64,000 nucleotides of DNA from Spirogloea muscicola (Eukaryota): positions 409,151 through 473,150 of the forward strand of contig WELB01000010.1 of the NCBI GenBank assembly GCA_009602725.1, in the 5' to 3' direction. The notes below the pieces were generated by a model. That model did not search any database and was not told the DNA's origin. It was given only the letters and a program-made list of their open reading frames with translations. How positions within the stretch are numbered: position 1 is the stretch's first letter; every line of letters starts with the position of its first letter. Shown here piece after piece: positions 1 to 11,482 of this stretch. The translations under genes and the position numbers were made by a program.

Positions 1-3000
1 CCTGGCCCGCCGCTGCCGGCACGGCGCGCGCCAGCGCCCAACGGCGGCGGCGGCGTCTCCGAGCGACGGCAGGCGCCCGGGCTGCGCCGCCCTCGCCGCG
101 CTGAGGGCGAGCGCGGAGCCACTTGCGCCGTCGCTGGAGGACCGGCGCCCACGGCGGGGAGGAGCGCGGGGGGCTCGCACGCTGGCTCGCGGCACGGGAG
201 CCGCCACCGACGTGGCTCAGGCTGCGCCCGCCCTCGGCGCTGGTGCGTCCTGGTGCCCCCTGAGGACTGTGACAGGGTTTTGCTTCAGCGCTACGTGTCT
301 GGGTCCAGGGTTCAGTTCTATGGGCGAGGGTTGAGGGCTCAGGGTTCAGTACTCAGGGGGCAGGATTCAGGATCCAGGGTCCAAGGGTGCAGGGTTCGAA
401 GGTCAGGGGTTTAAGGTTCAGTGGCCGGGGTCCAGGGTTCTGGGTTCAAGGGTTCAGGGTCCAGGGTTGAGGATGACAGACCTTAGGGTTCAGGGTCCAA
501 TTCCAGGATTTAGGTTTCTGAGTCACTAGCTCCGTCCCTCCGCTGCGGCTGAGACGCAAGCTCCGACGGTGGTTATGGCGGCCTCCAGACGGCGCAAAAG
601 GCACGGCTGCGTCTGAGCCCCCACGGCCGCCACCGCCGCCGCCGGTGGCGTGGAAGGCCGCCATCGACTTCCGGTGGATCCGCGACAACCGCGACGCCGT
701 GGAGCGCAACGCTGCACTGCGGCGTTCCACTGCCGACGTCGGCAAGGTCGTCAGCCTTTATGAGGCCTTCTCCCAAAGGACGGCGGTAAGCTAAGAGTGC
801 ATCCCATTCATCGGATGCGACTGTCTGGAACATGTCAAGCTCTTGATGTGATTCAGCATCCAAAAGTAAGAGCTTAGGACATAAAAATTCTATGGGCTGG
901 GATTCCGCTTGACTCAGGAGGCTGATACTTGTTCCTATATGTATTTTCCCTGATTCCTAAGCTTCTATTTTAGTGCTCAGTGCTTTATGTTGTATCCTCT
1001 CTCTCGTACTCCAATGGCCATACTGGCCACAAGAGCTCCCTAGAGCCGGCGGTCGTTGAGCCAGGTACAAGAGCTATGCTGGTTGCAGCCCCGCCTGGAC
1101 TGGCTCATCTCAATTGGCGCCCTCCGCTTGCTGATGTGCAGGCGGTGGACAAATTGCGTGCGGCTCGCAATGCCGTGGCCGCCTCCATGAAGGGCAAGCT
1201 GGGCGCGGCAGAGCGGGAGACCCTCATTGAGGAAGGTGAGTTGAGCTCACTGCGGGGCCCAGAGGAGGAAGAGGCCTCGTGCTCCATTGCAGCGGCTTTG
1301 CTGCTGGGTCCGCCGCTTGACGATGACGTCCGGGTGCCGCTGCTGCGGGCAGGGAAGCGCCTCAAGGACGAGCTTGCAGGGCTTGAAACGGAGCTGACGG
1401 AGCTCACTGACGAGCTGCAGCGCGAGGGCCAGCGCATCCCCAACATGACGCACCCCGACGTGCCAGCTGGCGGCGAGGACGTCGCCGCGCTCCGGAAGAT
1501 GGTCTGTGGCCCCGTCGCCTCGAGGACACCCAAGCGAGGCCCTCGCAGTCGCAGTTGTGCCCCTGAAAGCAGGCGAATGGGCAGAGGGGTCCATCCAGGG
1601 AGGCTGTTATAGTGGACTGCTGATGTAGCAGAGTCAGCGGGTCTGGTTCTAAGGGTCCAAGAATATGAGAGTAATGTTTGGGAACCATAGGATTGCCATT
1701 GCTGATTCTTGGCTGGTCTCTGGTGGGATATTCAGGTCGGCGCCAAGCGAGCATTCGACTTCCCAGTCAAGGATCACGTTGAGCTGGGCCTTGCACTGAA
1801 CCTCTTCGACTTTGACGCTGCGTCCGAGGTGGGCCATCCATTGTCAGCCCACTGCCCTCGCGCACCATAGCTGTTTGTGCCGGAGTGGTTGGCAGGGCTG
1901 CCACTGACGCCACGAGCTGCTTCAGCACGCCAGGTCTCTGGAACCAAATTCTACTACCTGAAGAACGAGGCTGTGCTGCTCGAGATGGCGCTCGTCAACT
2001 GGGCTTTGTCGAAGCTTGTTGCACGTGGGTTCATGCCGCTGAGCACGCCGGACCTTGCGAGGGCGAGTGTTGTAGAGAAATGCGGTTTCCAGCCGCGCGC
2101 TGAGAACACGCAGGCAAGTTTCTGAGTGTCCCCTGAGCCTGAAAGCGGGATTCGCACACAGAGGGCATTGACTGATGAACAAAGTCAGGTTGTTGGATCC
2201 TGATTTGGCAACGCTTGACTTGCAAACTCTTTTCTTCATCATACTTACAGGTCACCAATGTGATTGTGCATTGTCAGATATATGCAATAGAGGGTATGGA
2301 CCTCTGCCTGGCAGGAACGTCAGAGATTCTTGTCGGGGGGATGTTCATGGACAAAATTCTGGCGGAGGCGGACCTCCCAATGAAAGTCGTGGCTTTCTCC
2401 CACTGCTTTCGCACAGAGGCTGGCGCTGCTGGCCGCGACACCAGGTCCGCGGCAGTGATGTTCGAGGTGCAGCTCCTTTGGGCTAAGGCTCACTTCATGT
2501 GCTTCTAGAACTTGGGGTTTTTGTCAAATCTGAGGACAGAGGAGTCCAGGGTCAAGTTGGATCCTGTGACCTTGCTGTGGCGCTTGGCCAGCGGTGCGGC
2601 GTGTGGCCTTGACCCGCATTCCATGTTGGTGCATCCACTGCCGGCAGGGGGCTGTACCGCGTTCATCAATTTAGCAAGCTGGAGATGTTTGCGCTGAGTG
2701 CGCCCGAGGACAGCGATGCATTGCTCGAGGAGCTCATTTGCATCGAGGAGGAGCTCTACTCGTCTCTTGGCCTGCACTTTAAGTGAGCGGCCGACGCTCA
2801 CCTGCTGAAGCGGCTGTGACAAACCATGGCCAACTTGTAAATAGACCAGAGAGGCTGGTTAATGCTGCTGCTTGACGTGAAGTGTCCTAGCACTAGACCC
2901 AAACGTGATGATGCTTTTGCAGCTTTGTGTGCCATTTGGATCCATGGCATGAGGGCAGCTTCACTTCATTTAGACCTCAGGTCAAGCACGACACAAGCTC

Positions 3001-3604
3001 TTCGAGTGCAGGATTTCACCTCATCAAGCTTGCATGCTATGCAGGACGCTGGACATGTCCACCGAAGACCTAGGCGCCCCAGCGTACCGCAAGTACGACG
3101 TGGAGGCCTGGATGCCTGGGCTCGACCGCTATGGCGAGGTATAGGTGCAGACACCCAGCAGGGACCTCGAAGCTGACTCTCAAGAAGCCCTAGCTCCAAG
3201 CTTTTGTGACTCTTGACTCTGACATTCTTGCACTAGATGCACTTGACTTTTGTCAGCTGCATCTGACATTACTGTGCATGGCTCATTATGCATGGCTGCA
3301 GGTTTCAAGCGCGTCCAACTGCACTGACTACCAGGCCCGTCGGCTCAACATGCGGTACCGGCCGGCCACCCCTCTTGCTGGGAGTAGCGGCAGTAGTGCT
3401 GCCGAGGTGCCCACTAGGAAGGGCAAGGCAAGTGGCGCGCAGCAGCCGCCGCGATTCGTGCACACACTGAATGCGACGGCAGTAGCAGTGCCGCGGATGA
3501 TCATCGCCATCCTGGAAAACTTTCAGGAGGCGGATGGGTCAGTAACTGTTCCCCAGCCGCTCGTCCCCTTCATGGGCGGCTTGACATCCATAAAGAGGTC
3601 ATGA
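1..3604 (+). CDS. OVA7: Seryl-tRNA synthetase, organellar (chloroplast/mitochondrial, OVA7-like); multi-exon; start codon lies upstream of the window
   Basis: Spliced exons give [53 protein letters not shown], motif 2 [10 protein letters not shown]...[37 protein letters not shown] and motif 3 [20 protein letters not shown]. Stop at about 3603. Approximate exons: 1-242, 588-785, 1142-1235, 1352-1501, 1736-1828, 1934-2113, 2278-2444, 2648-2782, 3045-3138, 3302-3604. Confidence 0.95.
300..520 (+). repeat. Degenerate telomere-like array (TTCAGGG/TCCAGGG/TTTAGG) in intron 1 of SerRS
   Basis: Heptamer-spaced run: GGGTCCAGGGTTCAG...AGGGTTCAGGGTCCAGGGTTGAGG...CTTAGGGTTCAGGGTCC...GATTTAGGTTT. Confidence 0.75.
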
Positions 3605-5183
3605 AGAAGCACAAACTTGGTAGCCTTGCGTGTGTCATTGTATTCCTGCAAGATCTATATTTACAGCAACGTGGTTGTCAAGAGCCAAGTGATGAGTGAA
3701 TCCGATCTTCCAACTGCCAGCAATGTCACAGCAAGGAAGCACGACAAGAACCTGAGACCAATTTGCCATCAATGCCTATATTGAATGTGAGGCTGAAGGC
3801 TTGCCCTGGTGGGTCAGCGGTCAGTATTAGGTAGTTCAGCAGTCCACTGTGAGAAGGGCAGCCACTAAGGCTGCTTCAGGGCTAGAGTGAGTGCTGCGGC
3901 ATGATGAGAAATCTGATCTTCTGGCCTGTGTCCATGGGCATGTGCAATCTTGGACTCGAACTGCCATGCTCTCAGGTCCGCTTTTGCTTTATGGACGTCT
4001 ATGAGTACTACACCTGGTATGGACTGGATACAGGCAGGTTGCAGCACCTATTGCTCACTTTAGGTCAGGGGCCTATCCGTTTGTGATGGTGAACTTGAGT
4101 AAGCAATCTTGAGTGGCTTGGAACACCGAGCCCACTTTCACAATAGACATGCTCCCCGTGGCCGCCAGAAGTCGACCCAAAATTGTCAAACAGCACCTGA
4201 TGGTGCTACTTGACACCTAGAGCCTACCTCAGCGGAGGGGGAAGATCTTTGTTCTGACTGCTGACTATTTTGAGAAGCTGCCTCTCCTTCAGAAAGGTGA
4301 GATGGCAGATAGTATCTGCTGCACAGCGAGTCCGCTGCAGCTGCTTTTGCTCATTGGTAGGTAAAATTCAGGTCTCCTTAGGTGCTTGCGACACCTCATT
4401 TCCATCTTCAGAGTTGCTGCATCGTGTCCAACTCATAAGGGCTTCACTGAGCATAAGGAGGTCGAATTACATGAAGTATCAGTGCAAGAATCTCTTGAAT
4501 CTCTATGACCCGCGATGAAAGGCGGGTAAAGCTATGATTGTCCTATGCTGCTGCGAATGTGAGTTGCTGCAGGCCCAGAGACCACAGCCTCTAGGCCTGA
4601 CTTTGTTGTGATCATTTTCAGCTGAAGTCAATACATCTGAAGGGGGATACAGCTAAAGAAAGTCCAAGTCGGCAGACTGGGGGTTGCTGCAGACCAGAGC
4701 CTCTGGCCCTGCCTTTGATGTGACCACTCTTCCTTCTCAAATCAAGTCTGCAGTCAAGCAAGTACTGACTCCTCCCGGTACAAAGCTCTCTATCAGCCGA
4801 CATGCCCAGCACAGCAATCTGCCAACTCGCCTTTGTGAGCACAACCTCCTGCTGTGAATGATTGAAGCAGAGAGGATCACATCAAAGACGCCAGGAGCCT
4901 CAAAGTGTGGATTGCTGTGATGCCTTGCGGCAATGATGAAGTGGCGGTTTGGAGCTGACATTTGTCAGACTTGGGCAGGGATCTATGGATTCCTTGGGTC
5001 CGGCCCTTGTAAGACCTTGTACAGTCCTTTGGACTGACCTTTCACAGCCATTGCCTTACTTTGAGAGAACTGTTCGTCTTTTGGATCTCTCTAACCCAGG
5101 CGCATTGGTCGAGGAACGACAGTCCTCCGTGAAGAAGAAAGTGCTCGCCCATTGAGAATAGGGGCTGGAACAACCAGCCGTGA

Positions 5184-5560
5184 GCCCTGCGGACGCTAAG
5201 CTTATGAGGATGGCAGGCGAGCAGCAAGGCCGAAGACGGGGCCTGGAGGCAGGCAGGCGCTGGAGTCATAGCCTGCATCGCGCGCCAGAAGGCCAAAGCA
5301 GCCAAGTACAAGGCGAGCACATCTGGGGGGGCACAAGGGCGCCGATCTCGAGTACCACAGGCGGCCCACTGAGATGCGCAGGAGGTCAGCGCCCTTGCTG
5401 GCCAGCCTGTTAGACGACCATGAAGGCGGGGCAGGCGGTCGCCCTTCTCTTGCATTGCACTTCTTCCAGTGCCTTTTGCGGGTGGGTTGACAGCTCTTTT
5501 CCGGCACAAGCTTTCTGCAGCAATGGGCTCCACAACATGTATAGCCTGACTGCTGTCGCT
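5184..5560 (-). pseudogene. Possible decayed RT-thumb segment of a CRE-like retrotransposon
   Basis: Frame-broken peptides AIHVVEPIA, ADLLRISVGRLWYSRSAPLCPP and AARLP..KLSVRRA loosely resemble the G.PIG / LLR....RL.Y.LR..PP / LP...GGLG motifs downstream of CRE RT domains. Weak. Confidence 0.35.
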
Positions 5561-5789
5561 TGCCACCAGTCAATCTGGCCGCGCTCCTGTCGCTTTGTAA
5601 CTCAGAGATGTGCGCCTTGCGCTCTTCGCCGCGAACAAAGGCCAAATTGGCCAAATACAAAGAGAGAAGTGGCACTCCCAAGGGGGGCAACGGACGCCTG
5701 TGCGTTGAACGGTCGTCGTATTTCCCTCCTCACACCCTTCTTTGTACTTGGCCACACATGGCCTCCCCATCTCTTAATATACACGCATT

Positions 5790-6825
5790 TTCTTCTCAGC
5801 GCTTGCTCAAGCACCAGACAAAGCGGCACAGGCCAGACTTGTTGCTGCAGTTGAGGACGAGCGTCGCAAGGCTTTGAGGACGATGCCGGATATCAAGACC
5901 AATCCAAGGAGTCTGGCATCGCTCGCAACGCCTGGGGCAACGGATTGGCTCACCACACACGCAATCCACAACGCTTTCCAAATCAGCCCTGAAGCATTCC
6001 AGTCGCTTCTCCAGCTGTTCCTGGGCCTGCCCCCGACCTGCCTGATTGGAGTAACTCAGTGTGAGTGTGGCTTCCGTGCGGAGGGCGGAGACCTAGCCAC
6101 CCACATGCTGCGGTGTCCTACAGGCCCTGAGGTGGTGGGCGTCCACAATCTCCTACGAGACACCCTGGCGAGCTTGATGCGCGACGCCGGCTACCGCGCC
6201 ATTGTGGAAGTAAGCAGTGTAATGCCCATCACCACGGACCCAGGGTCGCCATCGCACCCTGGACATTGTGGTGTACAACCTGGCGGAGGCCCACGAGCCT
6301 TGGTGGATGTGGTGGTGACCGAGGCATGCAAGAGTTCCGCTTCCACACACATTGCTGGCCACGCAGTGGGAGGTGCTGAGCATAGAAAGCTCCGACACTA
6401 CTCTGACAACCCCCGCAGCGACCACCTTCTCACGGCCGCAACCGACATTTTCGGCTGCTTGGGTCCTCGCTTCCATACCCTACTTGAGAACATAGCGAGT
6501 CTGGGATATGCACGACGCGAGGATATGCTTCCAGCCCAGATGGGTTTGCCGGCAGCCTATCTGTCATTTTTGCGACGTCGAGTGTCAGCTTGTCTGCAGC
6601 GAGCTCAGGCTCATGCGTTGCATCAGAAAGCTGGTCGAGCCTTGGCTTTAGTTCAAGAGCTTGTCCATTGCCGTTTTCGAATTCGAGCCTTAGTTAGCGA
6701 CCTCTATGTGCTGACTCGTGGTTACTGAGCGGGTCAGCTTAGCAGCAGGTGACGTACCTTTGTCAATGTGCTTGCCTTTGTACTTGGCCACACATGGCCT
6801 CCCCATCTCTTAATACACACGTTTT
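5790..6825 (+). mobile_element. 5'-truncated non-LTR retrotransposon (CRE-like, subfamily A): CCHC zinc knuckle, restriction-like endonuclease and 3' UTR
   Basis: ORF to 6728 contains ATDWL, FQSLLQLFLGL, CECG...HMLRC (CCHC), HNLLRD, ALVDVVVT, AEHRKLRHY and ATDIFGCLG, and ends VSDLYVLTRGY*. The 3' UTR recurs at 9335-9552, 52986-53213(-) and, diverged, 37913-38120. Confidence 0.9.
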
Positions 6826-7112
6826 CAATGGGGGCAAGGGCTGTGAAAAGCCAGCCCGAAATTTTTTTGACAAAGGTTCGAAGGCAAACACATCAAATGA
6901 CGTACATCACTCACAGCAGATAGTCCCGCTCGTCACCACGGGTCATGCATGAAGGTCGCTAAACTGAACGATGCCTGAAAATCAGATGGCAGATTCGAAG
7001 CCCTTTCTGCCACCATAAAGCTGGGCAAGCTCTAGTTGATGCGAAGCATTAGCCTGAGCACGCCGCAAACAGGCCGGAAATCGTCGTCGAAAGTACAACA
7101 GATGTTGTAGCA

Positions 7113-7231
7113 GATCGGGCTAACCGATACAGTAGATAGTGGTAAGCGGATGATGTAATGAAGATTGCCTATAAAGTAGGAGCAGGACATTCGTCGCATT
7201 CTACGGGGTACCCTATCCGCCCCAGACCTTT
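7113..7231. repeat. Dispersed ~120-bp repeat, copy 1 (copy 2 at 8597-8720)
   Basis: Shared blocks GATCGGGCTA, CAGTAGATA.TGGT.AGC.GAT.ATGTAAT.AA, GCC.ATAAA, ACGG.GTACCC and TCCGCCC...ACCT. Confidence 0.7.
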
Positions 7232-7602
7232 TGCCCGTTACATAGAGAAAGCGGCCGCTGACATTTAAAGAGCGGCTGTGAAAGCCAGCCAGAGGCATGC
7301 AGGTGTTCATGACGGCGCCACAGGCTAGGCAGCCAGGGCGCTCTTAGTACCCCCGTGTCAGCAGTAGGAAATCAGATCAGCTGAGGGGAGGGAGAAGAAG
7401 AAGCAACCCCGCTGCGCAAGCCAGAGGCTGCTGCAAGGGCGAAATTACATTGAGGGAGATGCCGGGTACAGGGTCGCGGGATCGGTTCCCCGGGCGAGCA
7501 AGTCGGGGAAAACCGGACTCGGCCACGCGCCACGCGGAGGCGCCGCCAGCTTGCCTGGCTTCTAGACGCCCCTGAGTATCGACGGGGGCACTGCCTCCGC
7601 GG

Positions 7603-7857
7603 AAGAAAGGGCTCGCCCATTGAGGATAGGGGCTGGACAAGCCAGCCCAAAAAGGAATGAACAAAGAACGAGAAGGGGGCCAGAGGAAGCCAGAGGAAGC
7701 GCTAAGAAACCAAAGCACACAAAGAAAGAAAGCAGCTACAAATTACTCAGTAACCCCTGCTAAGCAGCCGCAAATCAGAGAGGCTAGGGTCCTGGAAGTG
7801 GGTCCCCTGGACAGAGCCAGAGGCAGCAGCGAGGGCTCTCCCGGCACGAAGGTGCAG
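7603..7857 (-). mobile_element. Young 5'-truncated RLE retrotransposon copy (subfamily B) with 7-bp TSD
   Basis: Encodes LHLRAGRALAAASG...SDLRLLSRGY* followed by the 3' UTR. Flanked by TCCGCGG at 7596-7602 and 7858-7864. The 3' UTR differs from 61064-61186 at one position. Confidence 0.85.
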
Positions 7858-7909
7858 TCCGCGGGGGCCCTCCACGACGGGCCCCTATCCTCAATGGGCG
7901 AGCCCTTCT

Positions 7910-8048
7910 CCACGACGCCCCACAGCGCGGCGATGCTCCAGAGCTACGCCGCTCCAGAGCTACGCCATACAGGACGTCATCGCCGTGATCGCCAAACTGG
8001 CGATCCAGGCGTAGCTCTGGAGCATAGCCGCACTGTGGGGCGTCGCGG
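7910..8048. repeat. Inverted repeat with 41-bp arms (7910-7950 and 8008-8048, 38/41 identical)
   Basis: Left arm CCACGACGCCCCACAGCGCGGCGATGCTCCAGAGCTACGCC versus reverse complement of right arm CCGCGACGCCCCACAGTGCGGCTATGCTCCAGAGCTACGCC. Confidence 0.9.
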
Positions 8049-8495
8049 AAGAAGACGAAGGTGCTCGCCCATTGAGAAGAGGGGCTGGCAAAGCCAACCC
8101 AAAAAGAATGGACAATGTTCAAAGCCAAAGAAAGAGGTGCTGAAAAAGGACTACACTACAAAGTGCAAGATGGTGCAGAGGGAGATAAGGAAGGCCCCCG
8201 CGGAGGCGGTGCCCAAGTCGTTGCTCAGGGACGTCCAGAGGTCAGGCAGGCCGGCGGCGCAACGCCGCCGCGTGGGTTGTGACGCCGAGTCCGGTTTCCT
8301 CCACTCGTGGGTACCGAGCTTCCATCTGGGCTCGGCCAGACGAGCGGCCCCATAGAAGGTGAAAATTGGTCGCCCCCAATGACCAGCGTGATATTATTCA
8401 CCAGCCAAAGTACCAAGGTAGCTCATGACCCCTGAGGGCGAGCGGCCCCAAGGAGCTGAGGCTCTTGAGGGGCGATGAACACTTGCGGCGGCGGC

Positions 8496-8567
8496 GGAGA
8501 CGCGACGGACGTCGGAGAGGCGATGGACGCCGGAGACGCAGCGGACGCCGGAGATGCGAAGGACAAC
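8496..8567. repeat. 18-bp tandem repeat, 4 copies
   Basis: GGAGACGCGACGGACGTC / GGAGAGGCGATGGACGCC / GGAGACGCAGCGGACGCC / GGAGATGCGAAGGACAAC. Confidence 0.8.
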
Positions 8568-8596
8568 TCCCAGCTAAAGGGGGGAGTAGTGCAGTG

Positions 8597-8720
8597 GATC
8601 GGGCTAGCCAATAATCAGTAGATAATGGTTAGCAGATTATGTAATAAACGAAGCCCATAAATGCTCGGACTCGGACGGGTGTCGCACCCGACGGAGTACC
8701 CCTGTCCGCCCTGGACCTCT
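8597..8720. repeat. Dispersed ~120-bp repeat, copy 2
   Basis: Aligns by eye with 7113-7231 in the same orientation. Confidence 0.7.
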
Positions 8721-9828
8721 TGGCTTTGGATATTGTCCATCTTTTTGGGCTGGCTTTGCCAGCTCCTCTCTATGGGATTCACTTGCGCGCAGGCCGCGCT
8801 TTGGCTGCGGCCTCCAGCTTCCGTTAGTGCGACATCTATCCGTCTGCTAGCTATTCCAGTTTGCATCTACTGACTAGAGGTTACTGAGAGTCTCCTTGCT
8901 GCCGCCTTAGCAAGTAGTACCTTGCTTTCTGCACCATCCGGCTCCTTCAGACCTTGTCCATTCCTTTGGGCTGGCCTCTCACAGCCACCAGTCAGTTTGG
9001 CCGCTCTTTCTCTGTGGGCGAGCAATTTCTTTCTTGCCCGTTACAGTATGCACCTAAGAAATTGCGCGCAGAGGCCAGCCCTAAAAGAATGGACAAAAAT
9101 GCAAAGAGCCAAAAAGATGCCGAAAGGAAAACTACACAGCTAGACACAAGACGACGCAAAGGGAAGCTCAGTATTAGAAATGCAGCTGGCAAGCCCATCT
9201 CAGCCGGAAACACATCTGCACGTCGCCCAAACCTAGACTGGCATTATTCTAAAAGGAGCGTGTGCATACGAGGACCTGAACAGCCACATTTAGGTCGACT
9301 GCAGCTGGCAGACTGCAGGGCACCCCCCTCGCATTGCTCATGCGTTGCATCAGAAAGCTGGTCGAGCCTTGGCTGGTAGTTTGAGAGCTTGTCGATTGCC
9401 ATCCGGTATTCGAGCATCAGTTAGCGACCTCTGCGTGCTGACTTGTGGTTACTGAGCGGGTCGGCTTAGCAGCAGGTGACGTGCATTTGTCAATGTGCTT
9501 GCCTTTGTACTTGGCCACACATGGCCTCCCCATCTCTTAATATACACATCTTCCTCAGCATGAGATCGATGCTTTTTTTTTTCCAGCATCGATCTCCAAA
9601 TGCACAACACTCATTCCCCTCCCCAGCCTCTTTGCTCACACACGGCGGCCACGTGTACAGCCCTACGCTCCACCTCCCTGACCAGCAAGCCCGGGNCGGC
9701 GCGCGAGCCCTCCTGTGCCACCGCGAGCTTGGGCCCTCGGCGGCTGGCCGCGCCCCTAGGCACGGGACGTGCGCGCCGCGCGGCGCCTACCGGACGCAGT
9801 GAGCCCCGCCGTGCTCGCGATCAGCTCG

Positions 9829-11482
9829 ATGGCGGCCCGAGGCTGCGCCGGACGAGCGCCGGCATGGCCAGTCCGCGGCCATAGCCTCCAGCCGGCAAGC
9901 CTGTGCGGACCTGGAGGTCACTGACTGATAGCGTCGCTGTGCTGCAGGAGGAGCGGCGCAGCTTTCCGCTGCCTCCATCGAGCTGGCAGCGGCTCGTCCA
10001 CTCGATGCCGTGAGCGACCCTTGGTCCCGCTCGGTCTTTGCCAGCTTCTCCGGCCATGCTCAGCAGCTGCAGGACCTTTCATGTGATACAGCCGTCGTCG
10101 GGAGAGCAGGCAGACGGGCAGCTGCCGTTCGCTCCAAGCGGCAAGAGCACTGGCGTTGACGCGATCGTCCAGGTGGCTGTATTCTGCAGATGGCCCAGCG
10201 GGATCGCCAGTTGCACATGCGGAGCAAGCTGAGGAGCTGCCGGTCAAGGACAGGGCAGGCAGCCCCGGAGGCGCGGCTGCCTCGTCGCCGTCCGTCCTCT
10301 ACAGCTCCGCGGCGATGGTGATCTACGCCTTGGCGGCGGAGGGCCCTGGCTACTCGCAAGCGAGCTACTACACGTCCCTCGGCCTGTTCCTCCTCTCCCT
10401 CCCGGGGCTCTGGTCCCTCATCAAGCGGTCGACCAAATCCAAGGTCTTCATTCGCCTGACCGTCGTCGGCTCTGCTTGGTTGCTTCTCTCTGTGCAATTA
10501 AAGCAGGCACAATTGCCTCAATCTGTTTGATTATGCCGACTGAGCTGTGCTATGCAGCGAGCAGATTGTCAAGAAGACCTTTGAGGTTCCGGGGCCCAAG
10601 GCCAGCGAATCGAAGCCTCTCAACCAGATTGCGGGAGAGATTACCTCTCACTTCACCCGCAACAACTACACCCTCGGTCGGAAGCAGGACGACGTGGTTG
10701 TGTGAGCCATTCTAAAATTCATAAGCGCCCATTTTTTCTGCTCCATTCATCTGTTTCGCGGCTTTCAGCGAGGGTTTAGGCTTTAGGCTTTTAAAATTTC
10801 GTGCAGTCTCCTTTTTCCTCTCCCTCTCTGTTGCTGCCACCCTGTCAGGCGAAAATGGAGTGACCTCACATGGCACTCATGAAAGTGGCTGCCAATTGTA
10901 CAGGTTTGAGGGGATCCTGACACCGAGCAGGAGTCAAGCCGCTTTTTTGATCTTTTGTTCAGCCCTCAGCCTGGCCAGTGTGGGTCTGGTACTCACAATT
11001 ACGTTCCCCCAGGTCGGGAGCAACTGGTACTACCTGACTGTACTCAGCCCCCTTTCGTGAGTGCACTACCAGCAAGCTCTGCTTTCCTAGATGCTATTTT
11101 TGATGCTTTTGGTTTCCCTTTTGATTCCCTTGGTTTTTCGAATTTGTCAAGGTGTGCAAAGACATCCTGCATAAGAAGTACAGATCCTGCCATGTTACTT
11201 GCCTTTTCTTTGTCTTGTGTCATGGAATGCTGTGCACGATTTGTTGAGGCTTCATGTGAGCCATTGATTCCACGGTGGATGGGTGTGCTGGGCAGTGGCA
11301 TCTACTATTGGACCCGGGCTACACGCAAAGAGGAGATCAAGGTCAAGATGGTGGTCGCAGATGACGAGCAGACGGCTGATGTCATTGTCCAGGGGGACGA
11401 TGAGGAGGTCAACAGATTACGACAGGAGCTGGCCTTGATGGAGAAGGGCATGGTATACGTCAAAGGCCTTCTTGAACGGTGA
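9829..11482 (+). CDS. CCB1: Cofactor assembly of complex C subunit B CCB1 (cytochrome b6 haem ci attachment), chloroplastic; start uncertain
   Basis: GYSQASYYTSLGLFLLSLPGLWSLIKRSTKSK|IVKKTFEV, FEGILTPSRSQAAFLIFC and GIYYWTRATRKEEIKVKM...QGDDEEVNRLRQELALMEKGMVYVKGLLER*. The 5' exons near the N at 9696 are tentative. Confidence 0.9.

Larger units (their letters stand above)
4990..9561. mobile_element. Cluster of at least 12 nested or abutting fragments of RLE-type non-LTR retrotransposons, on both strands
   Basis: Recurrent 3'-UTR motifs (GGCTGG..CAGCC hairpin plus GGGCGAGC; TTGGCCACACATGGCCTCCCCATCTCTTAATAYACAC) and recurrent ORF ends ending ...L(T/S)RGY*. Fragments at about 5010-5070(+), 5133-5177(-), 5740-5790(+), 5790-6825(+), 6826-6860(-), 7235-7445(-), 7603-7857(-), 7881-7910(+), 8050-8135(-), 8720-8780(+), 8785-9035(+), 9065-9310(-), 9335-9552(+). 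Confidence 0.85.

Noticed and set aside
3700..4960. Coding-like minus-strand stretch downstream of SerRS
   Set aside because: Multiple stops and no recognisable motif; possibly decayed TE, but unsupported.
5874..6728. 284-aa ORF as a standalone host nuclease gene
   Set aside because: It lacks a real start context, carries a multicopy TE 3' UTR, and its catalytic motif is frameshifted.
8597..8720. HDV-like ribozyme at a putative element 5' end
   Set aside because: P2, P3 and P1.1 could not be built consistently in both copies.
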